64,000 nucleotides of DNA from Phyllobates terribilis (GCF_046119375.1 NW_027362765.1:67828001-67892000); one strand, 5' to 3'. Positions 21,601 to 35,516 are shown, counted from the stretch's first letter. The notes: generated by a model not told the origin, from the letters alone. Translations and numbers: made by a program.

Positions 21601-24600
21601 GACTCTACACTGGAGACCGTTAATGAGGGAGCAGGGACTCTGTGATAGAGGGGACAGGACTCAGTCCTGGGGGAAGCACCGGGACTCTACACTGGGGACC
21701 GGTAATGAGGGAGCAGGGACTGTGTGATAGAGGGGACAGGACTCAGTCCTGGAGGAAGCACCGGGACTCTGCACTGGGGACCGGTAATGAGGGAGCAGAG
21801 ACTGTGTGATAGAGGGGACAGGACTCAGTCCTGGAGGAAGCACCGGGACTCTACACTGGGGACCGGTAATGAGGGAGCAGGGACTGTGTGATAGAGGGGA
21901 CAGGACTCAGTCCTGGGGGGAAGCACCGGGATTCTACACTGGGGACCGGTAATGAGGGAGCAGGGACTGTGTGATAGAGGAGACAGGACTCAGTCCTGGG
22001 GGAAGCACCGGGACTCTACACTGGGGACCGGTAATGAGGGAGCAGGGACTGTGTGATAGAGGGGACAGGACTCAGTCCTGGGGGAAGCACCGGGACTCTC
22101 CACTGGGGACCGGTAATGAGGGAGCAGGGACTGTGTGATAGAGGGGACAGGACTCAGTCCTGGGGGAAGCACCGGGACTCTGCACTGGGGACCGGTAATG
22201 AGGGAGCAGGGACTGTGTGATAGAGGGGACAGGACTCAGTCCTGGGGGAAGCACCGGGACTCTGCACTGGGGACCGGTAATGAGGGAGCAGGGACTGTGT
22301 GATAGAGGGGACAGGACTCAGTCCTGGGGGAAGCATCGGGACTCTGCACTGGGGACCGGTAATGAGGGAGCAGGGACTGTGTGATAGAGGGGACAGGACT
22401 CAGTCCTGGGGGAAGCACCGGGACTCTACACTGGGGACCGGTAATGAGGGAGCAGGGACTGTGTGATAGAGGGGACAGGACTCAGTCCTGGGGGAAGCAC
22501 CGGGACTCTGCACTGGGGACCGGTAATGAGGGAGCAGGGACTGTGTGATAGAGGGGACAGGACTTAGTCCTGGGGGAAGCACCGGGACTCTACACTGGGG
22601 ACCGGTAATGAGGGAGCAGGGACTGTGTGATAGAGGGGACAGGACTCAGTCCTGGGGGAAGCACCGGGACTCTGCACTGGGGACCGGTAATGAGGGAGCA
22701 GGGACTGTGTGATAGAGGGGACAGGACTCAGTCCTGGGGGAAGCACCTGGACTCTGCACTGGGGACCGGTAATGAGGGAGCAGGGACTGTGTGATAGAGG
22801 GGACAGGACTCAGTCCTGGGGGAAGCACCGGGACTCTACACTGGAGACCGGTAATGAGGGAGCAGGGACTGTGTGATAGAGGGGCTGGACTCAGTCCTGG
22901 GGGAAGCACCGGGACTCTACACTGGGGACCGGTAATGAGGGAGCAGGGACTGTGTGATAGAGGGGATGGGACTCAGTCCTGGGGGAAGCACCGGGACTCT
23001 GCACTGGGGACCGGTAATGAGGAAGCAGGGACTGTGTGATAGAGGGGACAGGACTCAGTCCTTTGGGAAGCACCGGGACTCTGCACTGGGGACTGGTAAT
23101 GAGGGAGCAGGGACTGTGTGATAGAGGGGACTGGACTCAGTCCTGGGGGAAGCACCGGGACTATACACTGGGGACCGGTAATGAGGGAGCAGGGACTGCG
23201 TGATAGAGGGGACAGGACTCAGTCCTGGGGGAAGCACCGGGACTCTGCACTGGGGACCGGTAATGAGGGAGCAGGGACTGTGTGATAGAGGGGACAGGAC
23301 TCAGTCCTGGGGGAAGCATCGGGACTCTGCACTGGGGACCGGTAATGAGGGAGCAGGGACTGTGTGATAGAGGGGACAGGACTCAGTCCTGGGGGAAGCA
23401 CCGGGACTCTACACTGGGGACCGGTAATGAGGGAGCATGGACTGTGTGATAGAGGGGACAGGACTCAGTCCTGGGGGAAGCACCGGGACTCTACACTGGG
23501 GACCGGTAATGAGGGAGCAGGGACTGTGTGATAGAGGGGACAGGACTCAGTCTTTTGGGAAGCACCGGGACTCTGCACTGGGGACTGGTAATGAGGGAGC
23601 AGGGACTGTGTGATAGAGGAGACAGGACTCAGTCCTGGGGGAAGCACCGGGACTCTACACTGGAGACCGGTAATGAGGGACCCGGGACTGTGTGATAGAG
23701 GGGACTGGACTCAGTCCTGGGGGAAGCACCGGGACTATACACTGGGGACCGGTAATGAGGGAGCAGGGACTGTGTGATAGAGGGGACAGGACTCAGTCCT
23801 GGGGGAAGCACCGGGACTCTGCACTGGGGACCGGTAATGAGGGAGCAGGGACTGTGTGATAGAGGGGACAGGACTCAGTCCTGGGGGAAGCATCGGGACT
23901 CTGCACTGGGGACCGGTAATGAGGGAGCAGGGACTGTGTGATAGAGAGGACAGGACTCAGTCCTGGGGGAAGCATCGGGACTCTGCACTGGGGACCGGTA
24001 ATGAGGGAACAGGGACTGTGTGATAGAGGGGACAGGACTCAGTCCTGGGGGAAGCACCGGGACTCTACACTGGGGACCGGTAATGAGGGAGCAGGGACTG
24101 TGTGATAGAGGGGACAGGACTCAGTCCTGGGGGAAGCACCGGGACTCTGCACTGGGGAGCGGTAATGAGGGAGCAGGGACTGTGTGATAGAGGGGACAGG
24201 ACTCAGTCCTGGGGGAAGCACCGGGACTCTGCACTGGGGACCGGTAATGAGGGAGCAGGGACTGTGTGATAGAGGGGACAGGACTCAGTCCTGGGGGAAG
24301 CACCGGGACTCTACACTGGAGACCGGTAATGAGGGAGCAGGGACTGTGTGATAGAGGGGACAGGACTCAGTCCTGGGGGAAGCACCGGGACTCTACACTG
24401 GGGACCGGTAATGAGGGAGCAGGGACTGTGTGATAGAGGGGACAGGACTCAGTCCTGGGGGAAGCACCGGGACTCTGCACTGGTGACCGGTAATGAGGGA
24501 GCAGGGACTGTGTGATAGAGGGGACAGGACTCAGTCCTGGGGGAAGCACCGGGACTCTGCACTGGGGACCGGTAATGAGGGAGCAGGGACTGTGTGATAG

Positions 24601-27213
24601 AGGGGACAGGACTCAGTCCTGGGGGAAGCGCCGGGACTCTACACTGGGGACCGGTAATGAGGGAGCAGGGACTGTGTGATAGAGGGGACAGGACTCAGTC
24701 CTGGGGGAAGCACCGGGACTCTACACTGGGGACCGGTAATGAGGGAGCAGGGACTGTGTGATAGAGGGGCAGGACTCAGTCCTGGGGGAAGCACCGGGAC
24801 TCTGCACTGGGGACCGGTAATGAGAGAGCGGGGACTGTGTGATAGAGGGGACAGGACTCAGTCCTGGGGGAAGCACCGGGACTCTACACTGGGGACCGGT
24901 AATGAGAGAGCAGGGACTGTGTGATAGAGGGGACAGGACTCAGTCCTGGGGGAAGCACCGGGACTCTACACTGGAGACCGTTAATGAGGGAGCAGGGACT
25001 CTGTGATAGAGGGGACAGGACTCAGTCCTGGGGGAAGCACCGGGACTCTACACTGGGGACCGGTAATGAGGGAGCAGGGACTGTGTGATAGAGGGGACAG
25101 GACTCAGTCCTGGAGGAAGCACCGGGACTCTGCACTGGGGACCGGTAATGAGGGAGCAGAGACTGTGTGATAGAGGGGACAGGACTCAGTCCTGGAGGAA
25201 GCACCGGGACTCTACACTGGGGACCGGTAATGAGGGAGCAGGGACTGTGTGATAGAGGGGACAGGACTCAGTCCTGGGGGGAAGCACCGGGATTCTACAC
25301 TGGGGACCGGTAATGAGGGAGCAGGGACTGTGTGATAGAGGAGACAGGACTCAGTCCTGGGGGAAGCACCGGGACTCTACACTGGGGACCGGTAATGAGG
25401 GAGCAGGGACTGTGTGATAGAGGGGACAGGACTCAGTCCTGGGGGAAGCACCGGGACTCTCCACTGGGGACCGGTAATGAGGGAGCAGGGACTGTGTGAT
25501 AGAGGGGACAGGACTCAGTCCTGGGGGAAGCACCGGGACTCTGCACTGGGGACCGGTAATGAGGGAGCAGGGACTGTGTGATAGAGGGGACAGGACTCAG
25601 TCCTGGGGGAAGCACCGGGACTCTGCACTGGGGACCGGTAATGAGGGAGCAGGGACTGTGTGATAGAGGGGACAGGACTCAGTCCTGGGGGAAGCACCGG
25701 GACTCTGCACTGGGGACCGGTAATGAGGGAGCAGGGACTGTGTGATAGAGGGGACAGGACTCAGTCCTGGGGGAAGCACCTGGACTCTGCACTGGGGACC
25801 GGTAATGAGGGAGCAGGGACTGTGTGATAGAGGGGACAGGACTCAGTCCTGGGGGAAGCACCGGGACTCTACACTGGAGACCGGTAATGAGGGAGCAGGG
25901 ACTGTGTGATAGAGGGGCTGGACTCAGTCCTGGGGGAAGCACCGGGACTCTACACTGGGGACCGGTAATGAGGGAGCAGGGACTGTGTGATAGAGGGGAT
26001 GGGACTCAGTCCTGGGGGAAGCACCGGGACTCTGCACTGGGGACCGGTAATGAGGAAGCAGGGACTGTGTGATAGAGGGGACAGGACTCAGTCCTTTGGG
26101 AAGCACCGGGACTCTGCACTGGGGACTGGTAATGAGGGAGCAGGGACTGTGTGATAGAGGGGACTGGACTCAGTCCTGGGGGAAGCACCGGGACTATACA
26201 CTGGGGACCGGTAATGAGGGAGCAGGGACTGCGTGATAGAGGGGACAGGACTCAGTCCTGGGGGAAGCACCGGGACTCTGCACTGGGGACCGGTAATGAG
26301 GGAGCAGGGACTGTGTGATAGAGGGGACAGGACTCAGTCCTGGGGGAAGCATCGGGACTCTGCACTGGGGACCGGTAATGAGGGAGCAGGGACTGTGTGA
26401 TAGAGGGGACAGGACTCAGTCCTGGGGGAAGCACCGGGACTCTACACTGGGGACCGGTAATGAGGGAGCATGGACTGTGTGATAGAGGGGACAGGACTCA
26501 GTCCTGGGGGAAGCACCGGGACTCTACACTGGGGACCGGTAATGAGGGAGCAGGGACTGTGTGATAGAGGGGACAGGACTCAGTCTTTTGGGAAGCACCG
26601 GGACTCTGCACTGGGGACTGGTAATGAGGGAGCAGGGACTGTGTGATAGAGGAGACAGGACTCAGTCCTGGGGGAAGCACCGGGACTCTACACTGGAGAC
26701 CGGTAATGAGGGACCCGGGACTGTGTGATAGAGGGGACTGGACTCAGTCCTGGGGGAAGCACCGGGACTATACACTGGGGACCGGTAATGAGGGAGCAGG
26801 GACTGTGTGATAGAGGGGACAGGACTCAGTCCTGGGGGAAGCACCGGGACTCTGCACTGGGGACCGGTAATGAGGGAGCAGGGACTGTGTGATAGAGGGG
26901 ACAGGACTCAGTCCTGGGGGAAGCATCGGGACTCTGCACTGGGGACCGGTAATGAGGGAGCAGGGACTGTGTGATAGAGGGGACAGCACTCAGTCCTGGG
27001 GGAAGCACCGGGACTCTACACTGGGGACCGGTAATGAGGGAGCAGGGACTGTGTGATAGAGGGGACAGGACTCAGTCCTGGGGGAAGCACCGGGACTCTG
27101 CACTGAGCACCGGTAATGAGGGAGCAGGGACTGTGTGGTAGAGGGGACAGTACTCAATCCTGGGGGAAGCACAGGGCTCTGCACTGGAGACCGGTAATGA
27201 GGGAGCAGGGACT
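18654..27213. repeat. 82-bp tandem array, about 104 units, with higher-order structure
   Basis: Unit is CGGGACTCTACACTGGGGACCGGTAATGAGGGAGCAGGGACTGTGTGATAGAGGGGACAGGACTCAGTCCTGGGGGAAGCAC. The ORF track repeats at multiples of 82. Confidence 0.98.
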
Positions 27214-27214
27214 G

Positions 27215-30200
27215 GACCACATAATGCTCACCCTGCTCCTCTTTCCTCCCACCATGCCGAGTGCCTGGAGACAAGTGATCTTGCATTTGGACACTCCGAA
27301 GAGCTGTTGACATTTCCATTTATAGATTCTGGCCTCTCACCCCGGCTGTTTCAAGCATGACATGAGGAGATCGCAGGTAGGGATGCCCAATTATTTGAGC
27401 AGCCATGGTCACAGGAAGGTGACTGTGGGAAACTGCAATTACTGTTGCAAGAGGTGGATGATGATGAGACACAATTGCCAACAAGTGATGTTGTTAAGTC
27501 AGCAAGTCACGAGGAGGACCAGGTGTCGGAAGTGGAAGACGTGGTGGACGATAAAGTCACTGGCCCAACCTGGGAAGGTAACGTGCAGAGCGAGGACAGC
27601 AGCGCAGAGGGGGAGGGATTTGCAGTTCCACAACAGGCAGGAAGAGTCAGTGTGGTGGCCAGAGACACAAGGCGGGCAACTCTTAACCAGAATATCAACA
27701 CGGACGAAGTTGGCAGGCCAAGGGTTAGGTGTTCCCAAGTCTGGCTCTTTTTTTAACACAGTACAGTGAACCCAAAAAAGGCCATTTCCAACATCAGCAA
27801 GGGCAGCACAATTACTAACCTGACCACCACCAGTATGCTCAGGCACATGATAGCAAAGCACCCAACTAGTTGGGCCAAATACCAGGGTCCAGAAACAGTG
27901 TTTGCTGGTGACACCACTGCTTCTTACCCTGTTCTACATGCACGCCAATCGCCTGTGCATGAGGCAGGCGAAGATGCCTCCCACCCTGCACCTTTCGTTG
28001 CACACCTCCAACCACTGTCAGCAGCCACGCCCTTGTTCCATCGCAGCATTCAGTTGTCCGTACCACAGTTGTTGGAATGCAGGCGTAAATACGCAGCCAC
28101 CCACAGGCCACAATGCTAAATGGCTACATTTTCAGACTGCTTGCCCTGGAAATGTGGCCATTTAGGCTTGTAGAAACGTAAGCTTTCCACAACCTCATGG
28201 TGGCGGCTGTCCCTCGGTTGTCGGTCACCAGCTGCCACTATTTCTCCCGGTGTGCCATCCCCGCCTTGCACAAGCACTTGTCCCATAACATCAGCTGTGC
28301 CTTGACTAACGCTGTCACTGTGAAGGTCCATTTAACTACGGACACGTGGACAAGTGCTTGTGGCCAGGGATGCTACATTTCCCTGACGGGACACTGGGTG
28401 AAAATTTCGGAAGCCTGCGTCAGAACAAGTGCTACCAACACTGTGGATTGCAGGCCCTGGTTCTATCAGGGTTTCCCCCATTTTCTACAGAAGTTACTTT
28501 ACCTCCTCCTCCTCACCCTCCATCTCCGAAACATCAACATTAGTCGCAAGCTGGAAGCATTGCAACATTGCCTCCGCCAAGCGGCAACAGGCTCTTCTGA
28601 AGCTAATCTGCTTAGGTGACAAAACACACACAGAGTTGTTGAAAGGTCTAACCGACCAGACTGATCTGTGGCTCCCGCCCCAGAACCTACGACCAGGCAT
28701 GGTTGTGTGTGACAATGGCTGTAACCTGGTGACGGCTCTGAAGCTTGGCAACCTTGCAGACGTACCATGTCTGGCCCAACTGCTAAACTTAGTGGTTCAG
28801 CGATTTCTCAAAACCTACCCAAATCTGCCTGATATACTTGTGAAAGTACACTGCGTGTGTGCCAATCTCCGCAAGTCAGCTACAGCTGCTGCTGCCCTGG
28901 CAGTGCTGCAGCAGCAGTTGAAACTTCCAGCTCACTGACTGGTGTGCGATTTGACAACGCATTGGGCTGAACGTTACATATGTTGGCAATAGTGATGAGC
29001 GAACATGCTCGGATAAGGGGTTAACCGAGCACGCTCAAGTCCTAACCGAGTATTTTCGGCATGCTCGTATATTATGTTTGAGTGCCTGCGTTTGCATGAT
29101 TTGTGGCTGTTGGACAGCCTCAACCCATGTGAGCATTCCCTAACAAACAGGCAATCCCTGCATGTGTTGAGGCTGTCTAACAGCCGCAAATCATGCAGAT
29201 GCAGGGACTCGAACAAAATGTATGAGCACGTCGAAGATACTCGGTTGGTTAACCGCTTATCCAAGCACGTTCGTTCATCACTAGTTGGCAAGGCTTTGTG
29301 AGCAGCTGAGGGCAGTAGTTGAATGCCAGCTACAACATGCCCGTCAGTATTTTGGTCGGCCTCCGCATATAAGAGCTGATGAGTGGGCATGGATGTCGGA
29401 CATCTGTATGGTTCTCCAAAACTTTGATTGCTCGATCAAGATGGTGAGCGGCGATGATGCCATAATCAGCTAAACCATCCTGTTTATCTTTCTACTGAAA
29501 CAATCGCTGCTCACAATTAAACAGGAGGCTTTGCCAGTAGAGCAAATTGAGATGGAGCAAGAAACTATACAGGGTACTGCTGCATGGCTCAGCCTCATCT
29601 CATCTTCTCAACGCGGAATTGGTGATAGTGAGGAGGAAGAGGAACTGGTTGCCTGTGCTACAGACGGTACTACCCACATCACCTTCATTCTGTCTGTTAA
29701 AAGTGGATGGCGTGAAGACAAGGAGGAGAAGATGGACAGTCGTCCTCTTGTTGGGGACAGGGAAGTCTTGACTGTTGTCAATCTGGCACACATGGCTGAG
29801 TTTATGTTCCGCTGTCTTTCCCGTGTCCCTCATGTTTTATACATTTTGGCCAACATTAATTACTGGTTTGTCACTCTTCTCTGCACACACTATGAGGAGA
29901 ACTTTCCATCTCCCCTTTCCGTGGTGGAGAGGTCTAATAAAATGTTGAACTACCGGAACGCCCTAATTGAAGAATTATTAAAAAAATTCCCATCTGGCAA
30001 CGCTGGTGGCAGAGGTCACAGTTCCTTGGACAACCAAGTAGTAGGGATGAGGGAGACATGCAGCAGAGGCAGGGAAACACTATCAAAGGTCTTGGACAGT
30101 TTTCTCATACCCTCCCTGATGGGCAGGGTACTCTGACAAGGAGGGAAAAGTTTTGGAAGATGCTGAAGGAGTACCTTGCTGAACATACCAGCGTCCTCTG

Positions 30201-30290
30201 AGATTCCCCTGTTCCTTACAACTATTGGGTATCCAAGCTGAACACGTGGCATGAACTGTCTCTCTACGCATTGGAGGTCCTGTCCTGGCC
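27215..30290 (+). pseudogene. hAT (Ac/ZBED-like) transposase relic
   Basis: Fragments SQVWLFF, TTTSMLRHMIAKH (BED finger), VHLTTDTWTS, VVCDNGCNLV..CLAQLLNLVVQ, EWAWMSDIC and WHELSLYALEVL, with many stops and frameshifts. Confidence 0.85.
28990..29283. mobile_element. hAT MITE with 8-bp TSD GTTGGCAA
   Basis: TIRs TAGTGATGAGCGAAC / GTTCGTTCATCACTA; identical 8-mers at 28982-28989 and 29284-29291. Confidence 0.93.
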
Positions 30291-30989
30291 TGTCTGTATA
30301 TGATCCAGTGCCTTGTTGTGGGCTGTCAGGTGGTCATCAGATGGGGAGTTCTCACACTGCATACAAGATTTCACAGCCGGGACAGGAGACTTTGTACAGT
30401 AAGTACTGAAGATCCTGGTCTCCTCCATATCAGGTTCCATTATAATCCCCAGCAGGGTTGATGAAGTAACAGTCCTTTGTGCTGCTATATTAAACTATTA
30501 GCTTTTTTCAGGCCTCATTCAAATAGATTCTATTCTCTAATAATACTGCACTAATATGCAATTCGTGTAGGGTGAGCTGTCGCAGTACAGGTGGCGTAGT
30601 ACAGCCATCTAGTCAGGGCTTATTGCCTTATAAATTATAATCCTTGCTGCTGCAACCTAAAAAAAAATATCAAGGTAACATCTATTCTGATTCCTATTAA
30701 TATCGCTGTTAGCTGCATTTAGTATAGGGATAGATGCTAGGTATCATCTGATGTATATGAGTATTCATTCTGGCTACATACATCTCTTCCGAAGTCCATA
30801 ACTTGTTTGCTTTTTTCCATACAGTCATTGACAGATTTGTGTTTTTTTATGGTGATCTGTGCTCAGAAATTTATCAAAGCAGGCAAAATTAACTGATTTA
30901 ATGTGTCCATTCGCAGTTTCTCTGTAGCATCTGTATGTAAGAGGTAGTGGGGGGAGACTTTACGCTACTGGAGCTGGAATTATCACTTC

Positions 30990-31621
<632 letters not shown>

Positions 31622-31755
31622 CTATTGAAGCAAGTGAAAAGTATAAAAAAAAGTTTTTAAAAATATAAAAAAAAAATTAATATATAAAAGTTCAAATCAA
31701 CCCCCTTTAGCCCCATTTAAAATAAAACGATAAAAACTTTAAAAAAATACGCATA

Positions 31756-33476
31756 CCCTGGTGACCAAAAGTTTTGCATTTTTTTAAAGTGTGATTACGT
31801 ATGTCTGGTTGTTGTGATGTCTTTTTACTGGTAATTTTAGTAAACCGGAAGCAAATGGTTGTCAGCTATAAGGATAAAAAATGTTTGACATTGCTTTATC
31901 CCTTTATATGTTAGTTTTCAACATTTGCTGGGCCAAATGTTTTACATATCTTGTCATGGGTAGTCTTTGAATTTTGCCTAATTTTTATTTTTTTTAGGTT
32001 AAAACATGACAGACAAGCCAAATTTATCACCAGATTTCAGGAAGCTTATTATTCTGAGAGAGAAGTCAGGCAAAAGCCAAAAAAAGTTAGCAATGGAATT
32101 CAACTGTTCTCAGAGTCAATGGTCATGGATATTAAAGAAAGAAAAAGAAGGTTATTGAACAGCTGACAAACCTAAAAGTGGACGACCATGGAAAACTTCC
32201 TCCAGAGTTGATCACAATGTTAAGAAAAAGTCAGTATCTGATGTCCATAAAAGTGCTGGACAGATTTCACACGAAATAAACTAAGAATATGGGGTCAAAG
32301 TGAGTCGCCAAACTGTGGTGCGACCGCTAAGAGCAGTATGGTTGAATGCACGAGTTCCAGTCAAGAAGCCTTTCATATCTGCAAAGAACTGGAAAGTCCG
32401 ACTTGAGTTTGCCAAAGAACACAGCCAATGGAAAGTGACAGATTGGTCTAAGGTGTTGTGGCCCGATGAATGCAAGTTCAATCTGTTTGGTAATGATCGC
32501 AAATGCTATATATACAATGCCCAATTGGAAAACATAATGATGTAAGGTACCAAACACCTACAGTGAAACATGGTGTTGGCAATGTCATGGTTTGGGGCTG
32601 TTTTCTGCATCTGTCATTGGCCCTCTGCATAGAATTGATGGAAATATGAATGCTACCATATACAAGGATATACTGGATAATGTAATGCTGCCACATTTTA
32701 AAACCAAAGTAGGCACTGGATGGAAATTCCAGCAAGACAATGATCCTAAGCACACATCCAATTTAGTAAAAAAATTGGTTAGCAAAGAAAACTGTTCTCC
32801 TGTTGCAAAGGACAAGCCAATCACCTGATTTAAGCCCTATAGAGCACCTTTAGGATGAGTTAGGGTGACTAGTTGAAGCCCGTACCCATAGCAATAAAGA
32901 TGAATTGTTTGCAGATTTGCAAATTGAATGGAGCAAGATCCCTCAAGATGTCTTGAATACCCTAGTGCAGGGTTCCCCAACTCCAGTCCTCAAGGCCCAC
33001 CAACAGGTCATGTTTTCAGGATTTCCTTAGTATTACACAGGTGATAATTGCATCACCTGCACAGGCAATAATTCCATCACCTGTGCAATACTAAGGAAAT
33101 CCTGAAAACATGACCTGTTGGTGGGCCTTGAGGACTGGAGTTGGGGAACCCTGCCCTAGTGGCTTCAATGCCCCATCGATGTGGTGCAGTAATTAAAGCA
33201 AGAGGTTATGCTACAAAATTCTACGTTTTGGCATTGTAAACCATGAATTACTCTATACGTTGTGATCAATAAATAGTATATGCAAAACTTTTGGCAGTCA
33301 ATTTTCTATAATTAAATGGCCATACCTATATTCAAAAGCATTTTGGTTAAAATTTGAAGTCTTGCATGATGACAACTTCATGAACTTTCAATTCATCACC
33401 AGGAAAATGGCATCACAACAACCAGACGGAAGTAATCACACTTTAAAAAAAAATGCAAAACTTTGGATCGCCGCTG
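31756..33476 (+). mobile_element. Tc1 transposon, full span, degenerate transposase
   Basis: Roughly 70-bp TIRs (CAAAAGTTTTGCATTTTTTT..AAGTGTGATTAC..TCTGGTTGTTGTGATG) and TA flanks. ORF pieces WSKVLWPDECKFNLFG and [13 protein letters not shown]. Confidence 0.9.
32968..33153. mobile_element. 186-bp palindromic hAT MITE with 8-bp TSD CCCTAGTG, nested in Tc1
   Basis: 67-bp perfect TIRs starting CAGGGTTCCCCAACTCC; TSD at 32960-32967 and 33154-33161. Confidence 0.95.
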
Positions 33477-33624
33477 TATTTGATATCGCCGTATTCAGAA
33501 ACGCCTGATCTATCAAAATATAAAAATAATTAATCCGATCAGTAAATGACGTAATGAGAAAAAAATCAAAACACCAGAATTAAGGTTTTTGGTCGCTGCA
33601 ACATTGCAATAAAATGTTCGTGGA

Positions 33625-34720
33625 GTATTTGAAGCAGCGCAACGCAGCATACACGTGTCCCATGGAGGCCCACTCATTGTTGGTAAAGTGGTTTTCCGCA
33701 GAGTGACTGTGCGTGCTGTAGCTGAAACTCCACTATTGCCTGCTGCTGCTCACATAGTCTCTCCAGCATATGCAAGGTGGAGCTCCACCTTGTGGTTACA
33801 TTGCATAAGAGGTGGTGGGTGGGAAGGCTGAAGTGATGCTGCAGGGCGGACAGGCGAGCAGTAGCAGGGTAAGAACACTGAAAGCCCACACACACTGCCT
33901 GCACTTTCAGCAGCAGCTCTGACGTGTTTGGATAATTTTTTAAGGAAGCTCTTCACCACCAAACTCAGCACATGCGCCTGGCAAGGGATGTGCGTCAAAC
34001 TGACTAGGCCGAGAGTTGCTATGAGATTTTACCCTTTATTGCACCCCACCAGGCAGGGCATGAGGTTCAGTGGCAAACACTCATCGGTCTGTTGTTTGAT
34101 CCCCCTTCACAGCTCTTGCATGGTGTGTGTTCGTACCCCCAAACAGATGAGTTTCAGAAAAGCCTGCTGTCATTTCCCACTGGCTGTACTGAAGTTGAGG
34201 GTGCAGGTGTTACTCTGACCGGATGAGGAGGTGGTGGTGGAGGAAGCGGAGTAGGAGGAGGAGGCAACATGGACAGAGAAACATCCAGTAATCCTTGGCG
34301 GTGGTAGGACATGCGCCAGAACTCCTTCTGCCTCAGGCCCAGCCGCTACTACATTTACCCAGTGGGCAGTTGGGGAGGTATTACGTCTCTGACCGAGCTT
34401 ACTGGTTCACATATAGGTGATAATGTGGACCTTTCCACTGATCTGGAAAAGTAGTGGCGGCTGGGAACAGTCACCACCATCAGTTTTTTAAAACTGTCCA
34501 CCTCCACCAGCCAAAATAGCAGCATTTCAAAGGCCAGGAATTTTGAAAAGCTTTCATTCAGGACCAGGGAATGTGCTTTCTTTTAAGTGTTATAGGAATG
34601 GACAGCTGAAAGCTTCCATGGGACGATGTGGAGATGCTCGGTGACACTGCTGGTGGTCGTCGTGTGGTGCTGTTACATCCTCGGTTTGCGGGGAGCCAGG
34701 TGGCCCTGTTGTTTGGGAGT
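33625..34720 (-). pseudogene. hAT transposase fragment (composite module copy 1, right part)
   Basis: HIPCQAHVLSLVVK and CNVTTRWSSTLHMLERLCEQQ on the minus strand; paralogous to 51205-52270. Confidence 0.8.
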
Positions 34721-34979
34721 GGAAGGGAGAGCCTGAGATAATTTAGAACAAATCTGAAAAGAAACATCTGTGTTTTTGATGCTGGACTGGAAATATTCTG
34801 TGATAAATCTCTGTATGTGACTATAATGTGATTGTGTGTGTTATACCGGGGGCAGGACGGGGCCATGACTGGATGTAGTGGATGTAGTGATCATGTGAAG
34901 CCGGTAACAGCTCCGGAGATTTCTTACATTCTTACATGGGATCTTTATGATGTTACATCGTCATCTTCTCCCCATTCAG

Positions 34980-35128
34980 GTCCCTACAATATCGGATCCT
35001 CTCAGTGGAGATCTTCTATATAAGAGAATTGTCCTGATTGACCATCAAGGATGGATAGGGACAGGAACAAGATGGCGGAGAGAATATTACACCTCACCCT
35101 AGAGATCCTCTTCCGGCTTACTGGAGAG
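34980..35128 (+). CDS. KRAB-like/FAX zinc-finger gene, first coding exon (ATG at 35051)
   Basis: Acceptor CATTCAG|G, then MDRDRNKMAERILHLTLEILFRLTGE, then donor GAG|GTGAGA. This is the typical N-terminus of amphibian XlCOF-like zinc-finger proteins. Confidence 0.88.
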
Positions 35129-35253
35129 GTGAGAGATTCTGATGACGTCACATTACATCATTCTTATCTATGGGAATAACGGACAGAACTGGAGAGGTGA
35201 GGACTCTGGAAATGTCTGTAGTGAGATTTTTTAATGTGTCTCTCCATAACCAG

Positions 35254-35433
35254 GATTACACAGTAGTGAAGAAGACCTCTAGTGAGCAATGTCAGGACCC
35301 TGTGTCTGAGGGATGGGAAAGACCCCTGAGCCCAATCACTGGACCTCCACCTCAGCCCCTGATACATGAGGACATCAATGACCAGAAGATCCTAGAACTC
35401 ACCTACAATATGATTGAGCTGCTGACTGGAGAG
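35254..35433 (+). CDS. Zinc-finger gene, coding exon 2 (FAX boxes)
   Basis: AACCAG|GAT acceptor, 180 nt, DYTVVKKTSSEQCQ...NDQKILELTYNMIELLTGE, donor GTGACA. Confidence 0.9.
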
Positions 35434-35516
35434 GTGACACTGCTGGGAATGCTGAGACATTATAAAGTAATGCTATGAAGGGATCGGGGGGATGATGGTT
35501 TCATTGTATGTGTCAG

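Noticed and set aside
18654-27213. CRISPR-like regular array and dozens of 60-aa ORFs
   Set aside because: Units are contiguous with no unique spacers, there are no cas genes, the context is eukaryotic, and the ORFs are frame artefacts of an 82-bp unit.
18654-27213. Immunoglobulin switch-like region
   Set aside because: G-rich and repetitive, but it lacks AGCT density and no immunoglobulin exons are nearby.
27215-30290. Domesticated ZBED-like host gene
   Set aside because: Numerous stops and frameshifts plus a MITE insertion show a decayed transposase.
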